64,000 nt of DNA from Bacillales bacterium UBA1188 (GCA_002310135.1 DBYK01000003.1:24939-88938); one strand, 5' to 3'. Shown: positions 1 to 9,216, counted from the stretch's first letter. Notes: generated by a model from the sequence alone, not told the origin. Translations and numbers: made by a program.

Positions 1-317
1 ACTTAATAGACTCAGAAAACGAAAAAATAGAAATAGTTACTAGTGAAGAAAGCTTCAAAGAATACAAATTTGTAAGTGATGAAGAAAAAGGAAAAGGCTT
101 TACTGTAACAAAAGATTATGAAAATCTAGTTTATGTAGTAAGTGGACCTATTATAGATGAATTAATGAGAACATTTAGGCAAGATAATCAAGATTCTGTC
201 CTTAAGTTCGCCAAAACCTTAAAGAAATTAGGAGTTGAAGAAGAACTTAAGATTAATGGTTGCCAAAATGGTGATATAGTAAGAATAGGTAAGATTGATT
301 TTGAATTCAATGATTAG
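1..317 (+). CDS. obg: GTPase Obg, C-terminal end (5' part lies outside the window)
   Basis: The frame is open from the window edge to TAG at 315-317. The tail ...VVSGPIIDELMRTFRQDN..FAKTLKKLGVEEELKINGCQNGDIVRIGKIDFEFND fits the Obg C-terminal (OCT) domain pattern of Firmicutes. Confidence 0.75.
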   Translation, partial: LIDSENEKIEIVTSEESFKEYKFVSDEEKGKGFTVTKDYENLVYVVSGPIIDELMRTFRQDNQDSVLKFAKTLKKLGVEEELKINGCQNGDIVRIGKIDFEFND

Positions 318-325
318 GAGTAATT

Positions 326-880
326 ATGTACGATTATTTAATAGGAATAGTTTCTGAAATACAAAAAGATTCTGTAGTAATAGAAGTAAATAATGTAGGC
401 TATAAAGTATATTCACCAAATCCATATTCATTTGTTTTAGATGACAAAGTTAAAGTTTATACATATTTGCACATAAAAGATGAGATTTTGACACTTTATG
501 GATTTTTATCAATTGAAGAAAAAAAATTATTTATGGATTTAATAAGCGTTTCTGGAATCGGCCCAAAGAGCGCAATAGCGATGCTCGCAACTGGATCAGT
601 CCAAAATATCGCTCAAGCCATAAATAAAGGTGATGCGAAATATTTATGTAAATTTCCTGGTATAGGAATGAAATCAGCTCAACAAATTATTCTAGACTTA
701 AAAGGTAAGGTTGAGGTTAAATCGGGTCATGGAAATTATTTGGTACTTGATGAGGTTAGAGATGCGCTTCAAATTCTCGGCTATTCAGATAAAGATATAA
801 ATAAAGTTTTACCAACTCTAGATTCAACTAAACAAACAAGCGAACTTGTAAGAGAAGCTTTACAAAGAATATTAGGTTAA
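326..880 (+). CDS. ruvA: Holliday junction branch migration protein RuvA
   Basis: 184 aa. It has an OB-fold N-terminus (MYDYLIGIV), two helix-hairpin-helix motifs (SGIGPKSA, FPGIGMKSAQ) and a short domain III. AGGAG lies 6 nt upstream and overlaps the obg stop. Confidence 0.9.
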   Translation: MYDYLIGIVSEIQKDSVVIEVNNVGYKVYSPNPYSFVLDDKVKVYTYLHIKDEILTLYGFLSIEEKKLFMDLISVSGIGPKSAIAMLATGSVQNIAQAINKGDAKYLCKFPGIGMKSAQQIILDLKGKVEVKSGHGNYLVLDEVRDALQILGYSDKDINKVLPTLDSTKQTSELVREALQRILG

Positions 881-887
881 AATTTCT

Positions 888-970
888 AAGTGCTCAAAAT
901 CGGACGTAAATTTAATTTTATGGGTAATTATTCATATTTTGGACGATTAGACCGATTAGAGGCACTTTTG
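888..970 (+). terminator. Long imperfect hairpin plus U-run directly after ruvA (terminator or small structured RNA)
   Basis: Nested pairings seen by eye: AAGTGCTC (888-895) with GAGGCACTT (959-967, one bulge), and AATCGG (898-903) with CCGATT (952-957). TTTT follows. Confidence 0.35.
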
Positions 971-1014
971 TACTATAATTAATAAAACTAACAAGAGTAG
1001 TAATAAATACATAG

Positions 1015-1048
1015 AAAATCACTATAAATAAATGGTGATTTTTTTATT
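1015..1048 (+). terminator. Rho-independent terminator-like hairpin
   Basis: AAATCAC (1016-1022) pairs with GTGATTT (1035-1041) across a 12-nt loop. A run of 7 T follows. Confidence 0.5.
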
Positions 1049-1580
1049 ATCTAAAAATATTAATTTCATACGTTAAGTAACCCATTTTAAATTTATATCC
1101 CAGATTTTAGGCAAAAATAAGAGGCTTTCAATTGATTTACATTTTACACGTTTTACACAACGTAACTATATTTGGCTAGATTTAGCAGTATTTATTTAGT
1201 TAACATAATATACATTATAGGAAGTTATTTGAGTTTTCCATTTTCCTTGTTATAAGTATAAATATCTATATTAAAAACATCAATGAATATGAATATCAAG
1301 CAAAATATGATGTTTAAAAACCTCTAATTATAGTCATATATTATTGTTTGACGCCATTTATCCTTAATATATCATCAGTTATCATATTTCTTCCACTTTC
1401 ACCCCCAAATCTGCCTTATTTTTCATTAGTTGAACCATATTAGGGTAAATTATCCTATTAATATATTTAAATAATTTACACTTAAATTTTACTTTTCCTA
1501 TTTTTACTACTTCTTCGCTTATAATATGTGGTGTAAAAATAAAAAAATATCTTATTTTATTTGACCTAAAAACATATATT

Positions 1581-1609
1581 AATTACTTATTTTTATATTA
1601 TGTTATAAT
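1581..1609 (+). promoter_or_regulatory. Candidate promoter of rarA (extended -10)
   Basis: TGTTATAAT at 1601-1609. The RBS GTGAGGAA at 1616-1623 and ATG at 1629 follow. The -35 region is weak (AATTAC). Confidence 0.45.
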
Positions 1610-1628
1610 TTACTTGTGAGGAATTATT

Positions 1629-2891
1629 ATGAATTATAAACCATTAGCAGAAAAGTTAAGGCCTTCTTCTTTTGATGAAATCATTGGCCAAGACTACTTA
1701 GTTGGCAAAGATGGAATCTTGAGAAAGATGTTAGATAATGACAAATTAATATCAATTATTCTATATGGTAATCCTGGAGTTGGCAAAACTACTATCGCTA
1801 AGATCATAGCTGAAAAGTATTCTTTAGAATCTTATTACTTCAGTGCTTCTTCTGACACAAAGGCAACTTTAAAAGAAATTGTTCAAAGTTCTAAAGGTTA
1901 TCATACTATAATTTTGACAGTTGATGAAATCCACAGAATGAACAAAGACATCCAAGATTATCTTCTTTCATTTATGGAAACAGGGAAAATCATAATCATT
2001 GGCTTAACAACAGTTAATCCATATCTTTCTGTGAACCCTGCGATTAGATCAAGATGTTCAATCTTTAAATTAAATGATCTTGAACCAAATATTATAAAAG
2101 ATTATCTAAAAACTATAGTTTCTAAACTCGAACATGAAAATTTATTGATTGATGAAGATGTTTTTGATTATATTTCTAATAGTTGTGGTAATGAACTTAG
2201 AGTTGCGATAAATAATTTAGAACTTCTAGATTCTGTATCAAAAGATAATGAACATATAGATATAGTTAAAGCTGAAAAAATCATAAAAACACCTAATCTA
2301 AGATTAGATAAAAATGGCGATAATTATTATAATTTATTATCAGCTTTACAAAAATCTATAAGAGGATCAGATGTTCATGCAGCAATATATTACACAGCAA
2401 GATTAGTTGTTCTTGGAGACCTAGAAATTATACTTAGAAGACTAACTGTTTGTGCTTATGAAGATATAGGTTTAGCTAATCCAACAATTGGCGAAAAAAT
2501 GCAAGTTATATCTGAAGCTTGTAGAAATTTAGGCTTTCCTGAAGCGAGAATTCCACTTGCAACTATTGTTATAGAAATGGCTCTAAGTCCTAAGTCAAAT
2601 AGTGCAATTACTGCAATAGATAAAGCTATTTCTGATATTAAAACAAAGGGCCTTGATGATGTCCCAGATCATTTAATTAATATAGAAACTTATACAAAAA
2701 GAGATTCATATATTTATCCACATGATTATAAAAATGCTCTTATTTATCAACAATATTTACCAAATAATTTAGTTGGAACAAAATATTATACTCCAAATCT
2801 AAATTCAAAATATGAAGCACAAATGGCCAAATATTATGAATATTTAGAAGAATATTATAAAAAAGCTAAAGAACAATCTAAATCAAAATGA
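1629..2891 (+). CDS. rarA: Replication-associated recombination protein A (MgsA/RarA AAA+ ATPase)
   Basis: 420 aa. It has Walker A GNPGVGKTT, Walker B VDEIH and the C-terminal MgsA-type helical domain (LQKSIRGSDVHAAIYY, YPHDY). Confidence 0.9.
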   Translation: MNYKPLAEKLRPSSFDEIIGQDYLVGKDGILRKMLDNDKLISIILYGNPGVGKTTIAKIIAEKYSLESYYFSASSDTKATLKEIVQSSKGYHTIILTVDEIHRMNKDIQDYLLSFMETGKIIIIGLTTVNPYLSVNPAIRSRCSIFKLNDLEPNIIKDYLKTIVSKLEHENLLIDEDVFDYISNSCGNELRVAINNLELLDSVSKDNEHIDIVKAEKIIKTPNLRLDKNGDNYYNLLSALQKSIRGSDVHAAIYYTARLVVLGDLEIILRRLTVCAYEDIGLANPTIGEKMQVISEACRNLGFPEARIPLATIVIEMALSPKSNSAITAIDKAISDIKTKGLDDVPDHLINIETYTKRDSYIYPHDYKNALIYQQYLPNNLVGTKYYTPNLNSKYEAQMAKYYEYLEEYYKKAKEQSKSK

Positions 2892-3069
2892 TACACAGAA
2901 GAATGTGTGCATAAAAATATATAGTAAATTCAAATTATTTTCATCACATTTCTATCATATTAAATATATATAATAATCTTTTTATTTTCATATCTCTATC
3001 ATAATATTTAACTTGAAATTTACTTACTTATTTATGAACACATATCATGGAATATCATTATAATATTAA

Positions 3070-3108
3070 TAAAAAAATGGCTCAATTTAAAGTTGAACCA
3101 TTTTTTTA
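3070..3108 (-). terminator. Terminator of the RNase J-like gene (near-palindromic, may also stop rarA transcripts)
   Basis: On the minus strand ATGGTTCAA pairs with TTGAGCCAT (9 bp including one G-U). The loop is 7 nt and a T-run follows. A- and T-runs flank it on both sides. Confidence 0.6.
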
Positions 3109-3120
3109 TTTGTTAAATAT

Positions 3121-4809
3121 TTATACAGAAACATCTATTATTACAGGTATTAAAGTTGGTCTTTTCTTAGTTATTTTTTGTATTTCTTTTGATAATTCTA
3201 TTTTTAAATTTGATCTTAATTCTTTAAAATCAATTTTCTTAAGCCTTAAATGTTCATTAACTATTTCTTTAAACTTCTCATTTATTTTAGGAATAAGAGA
3301 ATCTTGTTCTTCTTTTGGCATAAATCCTTGAGATATTAAATCTATATCTCCACATATTTCTCTTTCTTTTAGATTAATTAATCCTGATATAATAACAAAT
3401 CCTTCTTGTGTTAGAGCTTCCCTTTCTCTTGCGACATAGTCGTTAATGTCTGAGTCTGATTCTTCTCCAAACATAATTTCTTGAGTTTCCATTGAATCAA
3501 AATCATCAATATATTCATTGCCTTCAAATTTTGCGTAAACACCATTTTCTAAATAAATTATCTTATCATAATCAAATCCATAGTCTAAAGCAAGAGATTT
3601 TTGCGCTTTAAGCATTCTATAGTCTCCAGATATAGGAATTATATATTCAGGTGATAATAAACTGTAAAGCAACTTTAAGTCTTCTGCGCCACACATAGGA
3701 TCAGGCATGAGTGAAATATCAAAATCAATTAAGTTTGCATTGTCTAGCCAAATATTATCCCAAGAATTCGCTAAAACTTTTTCAAATTTCTTAGGTGTTT
3801 CAAGCAAGAATACAACATTATCTGTCGGTTTTAAGAAATATTTAGGATCTTGGAATGTTGCGATTCTTTGAAGTGCGAAGAACTGTTCTGTTTCTTCACC
3901 CGCAATTATTACTACAGTATTTGGGCTATTTCTATATTCATCATTTAATTTACTCTTTGTAAGATATGTGCCTTCATATTCTGGTGTATAACCTAAAGAC
4001 ATAGATAATTCAACTAATGATCTCGCTTTAGCGCCTATAATTGTAACTTGTCTTCTTTGATTATCTGCAGCATCAATAACCTCAAGCATTCCAGTTACAT
4101 TATCCGCATTCATAATAATGAATGTTCTGCCCTCATGAGACATAAGTTTGTGAAGGCCATTCTTTAAGTTACCATCAGTTGTGATATGACCTGTTTTTGC
4201 CGCTCCAGTTGATGGACTTAGGAGTATAAATACACCTTCATCAGCAATTCTATTCAATGTTTTAAAATCTGTCCTATAACGTCCTTTTTTGTTTTGATCG
4301 AAATCAAAATCTGGAAGATAAACAATGTTCTTAAAAATAGGATTATCATCTTCTCCAACATTAACTTTAACCGCAATACCCAAAGCATCTGGAACTGAAT
4401 TCGAAACGATGAAGAACTCCATTTTTACATCATCAAAATCTAATGAATGGTTTCTCCCTATATGTTGAAAATTGACATCTTCTTTTTCTTCATCAGAAAG
4501 ATATCTATTTTCTATAGCTTTAATTGTAAATCTTGAAGCATAAAAAGGGACTTTTAAATCTTTTATTATTCTTGGAAAACCACCCATAGCTTTTGGTTTA
4601 AAATGAGTTAAAAATATACCTTGAATTCTATCTTGATTTTCTATTAAATACTGATAACCAGCCATAATTGAATCATATCCAAAGACTTGAGACATAGGTG
4701 TAATTGATCCACAATCAAATACAAATATCTTCTCACCGACTTCAAGAACATACATATTTTTACCGATTTCACCTAAACCACCTAAAGCAAAAAACTTTAT
4801 ATTAGTCAT
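3121..4809 (-). CDS. RNase J family protein with degenerate metal-binding motifs (probable inactive paralogue)
   Basis: 562 aa and collinear with RNase J: N-terminus FALGGLGEIGKN and C-terminal end RPTLIPVIIDV. Where H-x-H-x-D-H is expected it reads THFKPKA. Other His ligand positions are also substituted. Confidence 0.8.
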   Translation of the reverse strand: MTNIKFFALGGLGEIGKNMYVLEVGEKIFVFDCGSITPMSQVFGYDSIMAGYQYLIENQDRIQGIFLTHFKPKAMGGFPRIIKDLKVPFYASRFTIKAIENRYLSDEEKEDVNFQHIGRNHSLDFDDVKMEFFIVSNSVPDALGIAVKVNVGEDDNPIFKNIVYLPDFDFDQNKKGRYRTDFKTLNRIADEGVFILLSPSTGAAKTGHITTDGNLKNGLHKLMSHEGRTFIIMNADNVTGMLEVIDAADNQRRQVTIIGAKARSLVELSMSLGYTPEYEGTYLTKSKLNDEYRNSPNTVVIIAGEETEQFFALQRIATFQDPKYFLKPTDNVVFLLETPKKFEKVLANSWDNIWLDNANLIDFDISLMPDPMCGAEDLKLLYSLLSPEYIIPISGDYRMLKAQKSLALDYGFDYDKIIYLENGVYAKFEGNEYIDDFDSMETQEIMFGEESDSDINDYVAREREALTQEGFVIISGLINLKEREICGDIDLISQGFMPKEEQDSLIPKINEKFKEIVNEHLRLKKIDFKELRSNLKIELSKEIQKITKKRPTLIPVIIDVSV

Positions 4810-4933
4810 AAAATCCTCCTCGAATATTTAATGGCTCTAACATTTTTATTTTATCATAGTTTTTAATAAAAAATATATTAAAAAGTTTTCAAAGTATTTT
4901 TTTTATTGTAAACTAATATGTAAAGGTGATGAA

Positions 4934-5518
4934 ATGTATAATTATCCAATCAAAAGAGCCCCATATCAAGCGAAAAAGATTTCAAATTCAAATAGAGGTA
5001 TGGCATTCGAAGATATGATCAATAGCTCAAACGAACAATATTTATCTAGAGATATAGCGGTTATATATAAAAAACCAACTCCAGTTCAAATTGTCGATGT
5101 AGATTACCCTAAAAGAAGTATGGCAAAGATTACCGAAGCTTATTATAAAACTCCATCTACAACAGACTATAATGGATTATACAAAGGATTTTATATTGAT
5201 TTTGATGCAAAACAATGTAATTCTACTACTTCTTTTCCATTAAGTAATGTTCATGAACATCAAATAAGACATTTAGAAAGAGTAATGAAACATGGAGGAA
5301 TTGGTTTTTTACTAGTTTATTTTAATAAATTAAATGAGATATATCTAATTGATTCAAATCAAATACTTGAATATCATAACAATTCCAAAAATGGAGGAAG
5401 AAAATCTATCTCCATAGAAGATTTCAGATCTAACTGTATATTAATTAAAGAATCATTCCCTATTAGAGTTCCATATCTTAATGCAGTAGATATACTAATT
5501 GATAAACTAAAAAAATGA
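4934..5518 (+). CDS. recU: Holliday junction resolvase RecU
   Basis: 194 aa with the RecU pattern: SNRGMAFE, IAVIYKKPTPVQIV, DYNGLYKGFYIDFDAKQ and HQIRHLE. AAAGGTGA RBS lies upstream. Confidence 0.85.
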   Translation: MYNYPIKRAPYQAKKISNSNRGMAFEDMINSSNEQYLSRDIAVIYKKPTPVQIVDVDYPKRSMAKITEAYYKTPSTTDYNGLYKGFYIDFDAKQCNSTTSFPLSNVHEHQIRHLERVMKHGGIGFLLVYFNKLNEIYLIDSNQILEYHNNSKNGGRKSISIEDFRSNCILIKESFPIRVPYLNAVDILIDKLKK

Positions 5519-5537
5519 GCATTGCTCATTTTTTTAT
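5509..5537. terminator. Bidirectional terminator shared by recU (+) and pdp (-)
   Basis: ATGAGCA (5515-5521) pairs with TGCTCAT (5523-5529). It is flanked by an A-run and a T-run and overlaps both stop codons. Confidence 0.6.
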
Positions 5538-6826
5538 TCAATAATCTTATAGATGATAGGTTTTTCTTCTTTAGCTTCACTACTGAATTTATATGCAAGA
5601 TAAAGCCTATCTATTATATCATCACTCCATTTATCATTTGCGTAGATATATAGTAAGATATCTCCCCTAGTTACATATTCACCAATTTGTTTATTTAGAT
5701 ATAGACCTACATTTGGATCAATGATATCTTCTTTTGTCTCTCTTCCTGCCCCTAGTTCTAATGCAATTAAGCCTAATGATAATGCATCAATTCTTGAAAT
5801 ATAACCTTCTGATTTAGATAAAAGTGGAATTACTTTTTTCGCTTCAATAAAATTATCAAAATTAGTAACTTTTGCACCTTGCATTTGAATCATTTCTATA
5901 AATTTATTGTATGCGCTGAAATCTCTTAACTTTTCTAATGCTAGTTTCATGCCATCTTCAACTGATTTAGTGATATTTGAATAATAGTTCATATATCCAC
6001 AAATAGTTACGCACAAATCTTCTAAATCTTTTGGCCCTTTATTTTGTAAGCAATTAACTGCATCTATTACTTCAATCCTATTTCCTATTCCTTTACCCAA
6101 AGGATGTTCCATATCAGTTATAAAACAGATAACTTTCTTATCAAATTTATGAGCTATATTTATCATAGCTTCACTTAGTTTTATCGCATCTTCTGTAGTT
6201 TTCATAAATGCACCTGAGCCATATTTCACATCTAAGCATATAACATCGGCTCCAGATGCGATTTTTTTGCTCATAATCGAAGATGTGATAAGAGGTAATG
6301 AATTAACTGTCTGTGTAACATCTCTTAAAGCATAGAGCTTTTTATCGGCTGGGACAAGATTTTTAGTTTGACCTGCAATAGCGATATGTATCTTATTAAT
6401 TTGATCAGTGAACTTTTCATCACTTAAATTAGTATTTAAACCTGGAATACTTTCAAGTTTATCAATTGTACCACCGGTATGTCCAAGACCTCTTCCTGAT
6501 AATTTAGCCATAATATTTCCACATGATGCAGCAAGAGGGCCTAAAACTAAACTAGTCTTATCGCCAACACCTCCAGTTGAATGTTTATCAACTTTAATTC
6601 CATCGATAAAAGAGAGATCTATTACATCTCCACTTTCAATCATAGCTTTAGTTAAAAAGTATGTCTCTTTTTCACTTAAGCCATTGAATCTAACACACAT
6701 CAACCAACTAGACATCTGATAATCAGGAATTTGATTATTTGTGTATTCCTGAATTAAAAAAGATATTTCTTCTTCTGTTAATTCAATTTTATTAAATGTT
6801 TTTTCAATAATATCAGTTACTTTCAT
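5534..6826 (-). CDS. pdp: Pyrimidine-nucleoside phosphorylase
   Basis: 430 aa. It has KHSTGGVGDK, SGRGLGHTGGTIDK and the C-terminal alpha/beta domain typical of Pdp/thymidine phosphorylase. Confidence 0.9.
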   Translation of the reverse strand: MKVTDIIEKTFNKIELTEEEISFLIQEYTNNQIPDYQMSSWLMCVRFNGLSEKETYFLTKAMIESGDVIDLSFIDGIKVDKHSTGGVGDKTSLVLGPLAASCGNIMAKLSGRGLGHTGGTIDKLESIPGLNTNLSDEKFTDQINKIHIAIAGQTKNLVPADKKLYALRDVTQTVNSLPLITSSIMSKKIASGADVICLDVKYGSGAFMKTTEDAIKLSEAMINIAHKFDKKVICFITDMEHPLGKGIGNRIEVIDAVNCLQNKGPKDLEDLCVTICGYMNYYSNITKSVEDGMKLALEKLRDFSAYNKFIEMIQMQGAKVTNFDNFIEAKKVIPLLSKSEGYISRIDALSLGLIALELGAGRETKEDIIDPNVGLYLNKQIGEYVTRGDILLYIYANDKWSDDIIDRLYLAYKFSSEAKEEKPIIYKIIE

Positions 6827-7814
6827 TTTCTACCTTATCATTTAAAAACTTTAACTTTTTGATTAATAATGGATATACATAAATACCAACAATTACCATA
6901 GCAAAATACCTAATCATATCACATATAGAACATATGAATGTTCCTTCTTCAAAAGCCCAACTATAAGTTAGTTTTAAAGAATAACGAATTCCAAGAAGTA
7001 AAACAAAACCAATTACAAATCTTAATATGTTTTTCCAAATAGATTTTGTATAACTAAAGTTAACATATTTAGATTCTAAATAACTTCCAAGAACGAAACC
7101 TATAGTAGATCCATATACAGAGAATAAATCTTTAGGATTATCACTATAAATTGGAGATATAAATGTCAAAATTCCAAATATACAAATAAATATAATATCT
7201 ACAACCATTGATTCATTAGTCTTTTTCTTTAGAAAGAAATAAAGAGATATGAATCCTAGACCAATTAAATAACCAGTTAGAACATCAGTCATGAAATGAA
7301 CACCTAAAGACATTCTTGAAATCATTACAAGTAAGCATAAAATAGTAGATATAATCCAATATTTCTTCTTCTTTAATTGGTATGCGAATGAATTATAGAA
7401 TGAAGATGCAGTAGTGGAGTGACCTGATGGAAATGATGATGAACTAGAAGCCCAATATTCGCCAGTTTCTCCACTAATTTTATAATATTCACCATCTAAA
7501 TTTTTAGATAATATACTCTTATCTCTACATTCTATTGTATCTGGAGACATTTGGAATGGCCTAAGTCTATTAAACATGCTTTTAACAGAATTAGTTAAAA
7601 GGAGTGAGAAAAATGTTGCGATAGCTACTTTTTTTGATATCTCCTTATTGACGCACCAATAAAGCAAGCATAATACAATCATTATTGCAGTTTCAGTCCC
7701 TAAGAATGTAATCCCTTTAAATAATGTTTCTAGAAAACTATTTTCAGTTAATTTGTTGAAAAATTCAATTATTGAAATGTCAAAATCCCATTTCATTAAA
7801 ACTAAAAAATTCAT
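6813..7814 (-). CDS. PAP2-family membrane phosphatase with extra C-terminal helices
   Basis: 333 aa. All three PAP2 motifs are intact: K-x6-RP (KSMFNRLRP), PSGH (FPSGHSTTA) and SR-x5-H-x3-D (SRMSLGVHFMTD). It has multiple transmembrane segments. Confidence 0.75.
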   Translation of the reverse strand: MNFLVLMKWDFDISIIEFFNKLTENSFLETLFKGITFLGTETAIMIVLCLLYWCVNKEISKKVAIATFFSLLLTNSVKSMFNRLRPFQMSPDTIECRDKSILSKNLDGEYYKISGETGEYWASSSSSFPSGHSTTASSFYNSFAYQLKKKKYWIISTILCLLVMISRMSLGVHFMTDVLTGYLIGLGFISLYFFLKKKTNESMVVDIIFICIFGILTFISPIYSDNPKDLFSVYGSTIGFVLGSYLESKYVNFSYTKSIWKNILRFVIGFVLLLGIRYSLKLTYSWAFEEGTFICSICDMIRYFAMVIVGIYVYPLLIKKLKFLNDKVENESN

Positions 7815-8278
7815 TATAATCTCCTATATTCTCTAAAATGTAATATTCCACTAATATTTTCATTAACCAATTTAAAATTGGATAAATCAATATTTAGATA
7901 TGTATCTCCTTCATGATCAGCATCAATCATTGTTATGAATAGTCTATCAGCTATTTTATAAGTTAATTCTATGATGCCTTTTCCACCTATTATAAATAAA
8001 TCTTCGTCTTTATGTTCATCTAAGTATTTGAATATATCATGTGTAACTTCAACGCCTTCAAATGTATAATCAGTCAAAGTTGCAATAACATTAGTTCTAT
8101 TAGGTAGAGGTTTATTATTTCTCGAAACTATTGATTTAAATGTTTCTTCACCCATTATAACTTTTTTATTCAATGTTTTTTCTTTAAAATATTGTAAGTC
8201 TTCTTTGTAATTCCAAGGAAGACTATTTTTATTTCCAAATAAATTATTTCTATCTATGGCAAATATTACGGATATCAT
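7814..8278 (-). CDS. folA: Dihydrofolate reductase
   Basis: 154 aa with SVIFAIDRNNLFGNKNSLPW, VIMGEETF and LFIIGGKG. Its start overlaps the thyA stop by 1 nt. Confidence 0.85.
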   Translation of the reverse strand: MISVIFAIDRNNLFGNKNSLPWNYKEDLQYFKEKTLNKKVIMGEETFKSIVSRNNKPLPNRTNVIATLTDYTFEGVEVTHDIFKYLDEHKDEDLFIIGGKGIIELTYKIADRLFITMIDADHEGDTYLNIDLSNFKLVNENISGILHFREYRRL

Positions 8279-9144
8279 TAAACTGCAACCTCACCTTTAA
8301 TCTTAGAATGACATTTATAATTGATTAGCTCGAAGTCTTCATATTCAAAGTCTTCAATATTAGTTGTATCTTTTTTAATCAACATTTCTGGAAGCGGATA
8401 TGGTTCTCTTTCAAGTTGAGTTTTAACTTGATCAAGATGATTCTTATATATGTGAGCGTCACCAATTGTGTGAACAAAAACTCCAGGTTTTAATCCAGTT
8501 ACCTTTGCAACCATCATTAGTAATAGAGAATATGACGCAATATTAAAAGGAATTCCTAGGAATATATCGCCACTTCTTTGATATAATTGGAGAGATAATT
8601 TCCCATCAGCAACATAAAATTGATATAAAGAATGGCAAGGAGGAAGAGCCATAAATGGAACTTCTTTAGGGTTCCAACTTGATACTATTAATCTCCTAGA
8701 ATCTGGGTTATTTTTAATCTCTTCAATGATGCCCATTAGTTGGTCAACACCATTAAAATTACGCCATTGTTTTCCATAAACTGGACCTAAATTTCCCCAT
8801 TTTTTTGCAAATTCATTATCGTTTTTAATTAGTTCTTTGAACTCATCCATTGATTCGCCGTTAAATTCATTAGATTCTTTAAAACTTTTATAAGGCCAAT
8901 CATTCCAGATGGATACATTGTGATCTACTAAATATTTAATATTAGTATCGCCCTTAATGAACCATAATAGCTCATAGATTATACTTTTTAGATGAACTTT
9001 CTTTGTAGTAACAAGAGGAAAACCTTCACTTAAATCAAATCTCATTTGATATCCAAAATATGAAATTGTTCCTGTGCCTGTTCTATCAGTTTTTTCAGTT
9101 CCTTTTTCTAAGACAGTTCTAATTAAATCTAAATATTGTTGCAT
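8278..9144 (-). CDS. thyA: Thymidylate synthase
   Basis: 288 aa with [17 protein letters not shown] and the catalytic LPPCH motif, plus DAHIY. Confidence 0.95.
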   Translation of the reverse strand: MQQYLDLIRTVLEKGTEKTDRTGTGTISYFGYQMRFDLSEGFPLVTTKKVHLKSIIYELLWFIKGDTNIKYLVDHNVSIWNDWPYKSFKESNEFNGESMDEFKELIKNDNEFAKKWGNLGPVYGKQWRNFNGVDQLMGIIEEIKNNPDSRRLIVSSWNPKEVPFMALPPCHSLYQFYVADGKLSLQLYQRSGDIFLGIPFNIASYSLLLMMVAKVTGLKPGVFVHTIGDAHIYKNHLDQVKTQLEREPYPLPEMLIKKDTTNIEDFEYEDFELINYKCHSKIKGEVAV

Positions 9145-9216
9145 ATAAAAATCCCTCTCTTATCATTATAACATAAAAGAGGGATACAATATATTTTCTA
9201 AATATATAAATAGTTA

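Noticed and set aside
1100-1560. DnaA-box-like strings (TTATCCTTA at about 1353, TTATCCTAT at about 1451, TGTGGTGTA at about 1528) in the long ruvA-rarA gap, raising the possibility of an origin.
   Set aside because: Each matches only 6-7 of 9 positions, which is expected by chance in AT-rich DNA. There is no dnaA, dnaN or gyrB nearby, and genes on both sides do not switch orientation as they would at an origin.
2936-3060. Imperfect direct repeats (TTATTTTCATCACATTTCTATCATA versus TTATTTTCATATCTCTATCATA) and four TATCAT motifs between rarA and the RNase J-like gene.
   Set aside because: They are short, imperfect and lie in a convergent intergenic region with no promoter to regulate. In DNA that is roughly three-quarters A+T, such similarity is plausible by chance. 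I could not link them to any known operator.
3047-3331. A 94-aa plus-strand ORF overlapping the 3' end of the RNase J-like gene.
   Set aside because: It lies antisense to a well-supported gene. It starts inside the terminator region, has no RBS, and its product is low-complexity and hydrophobic. This is a typical shadow ORF in AT-rich DNA.
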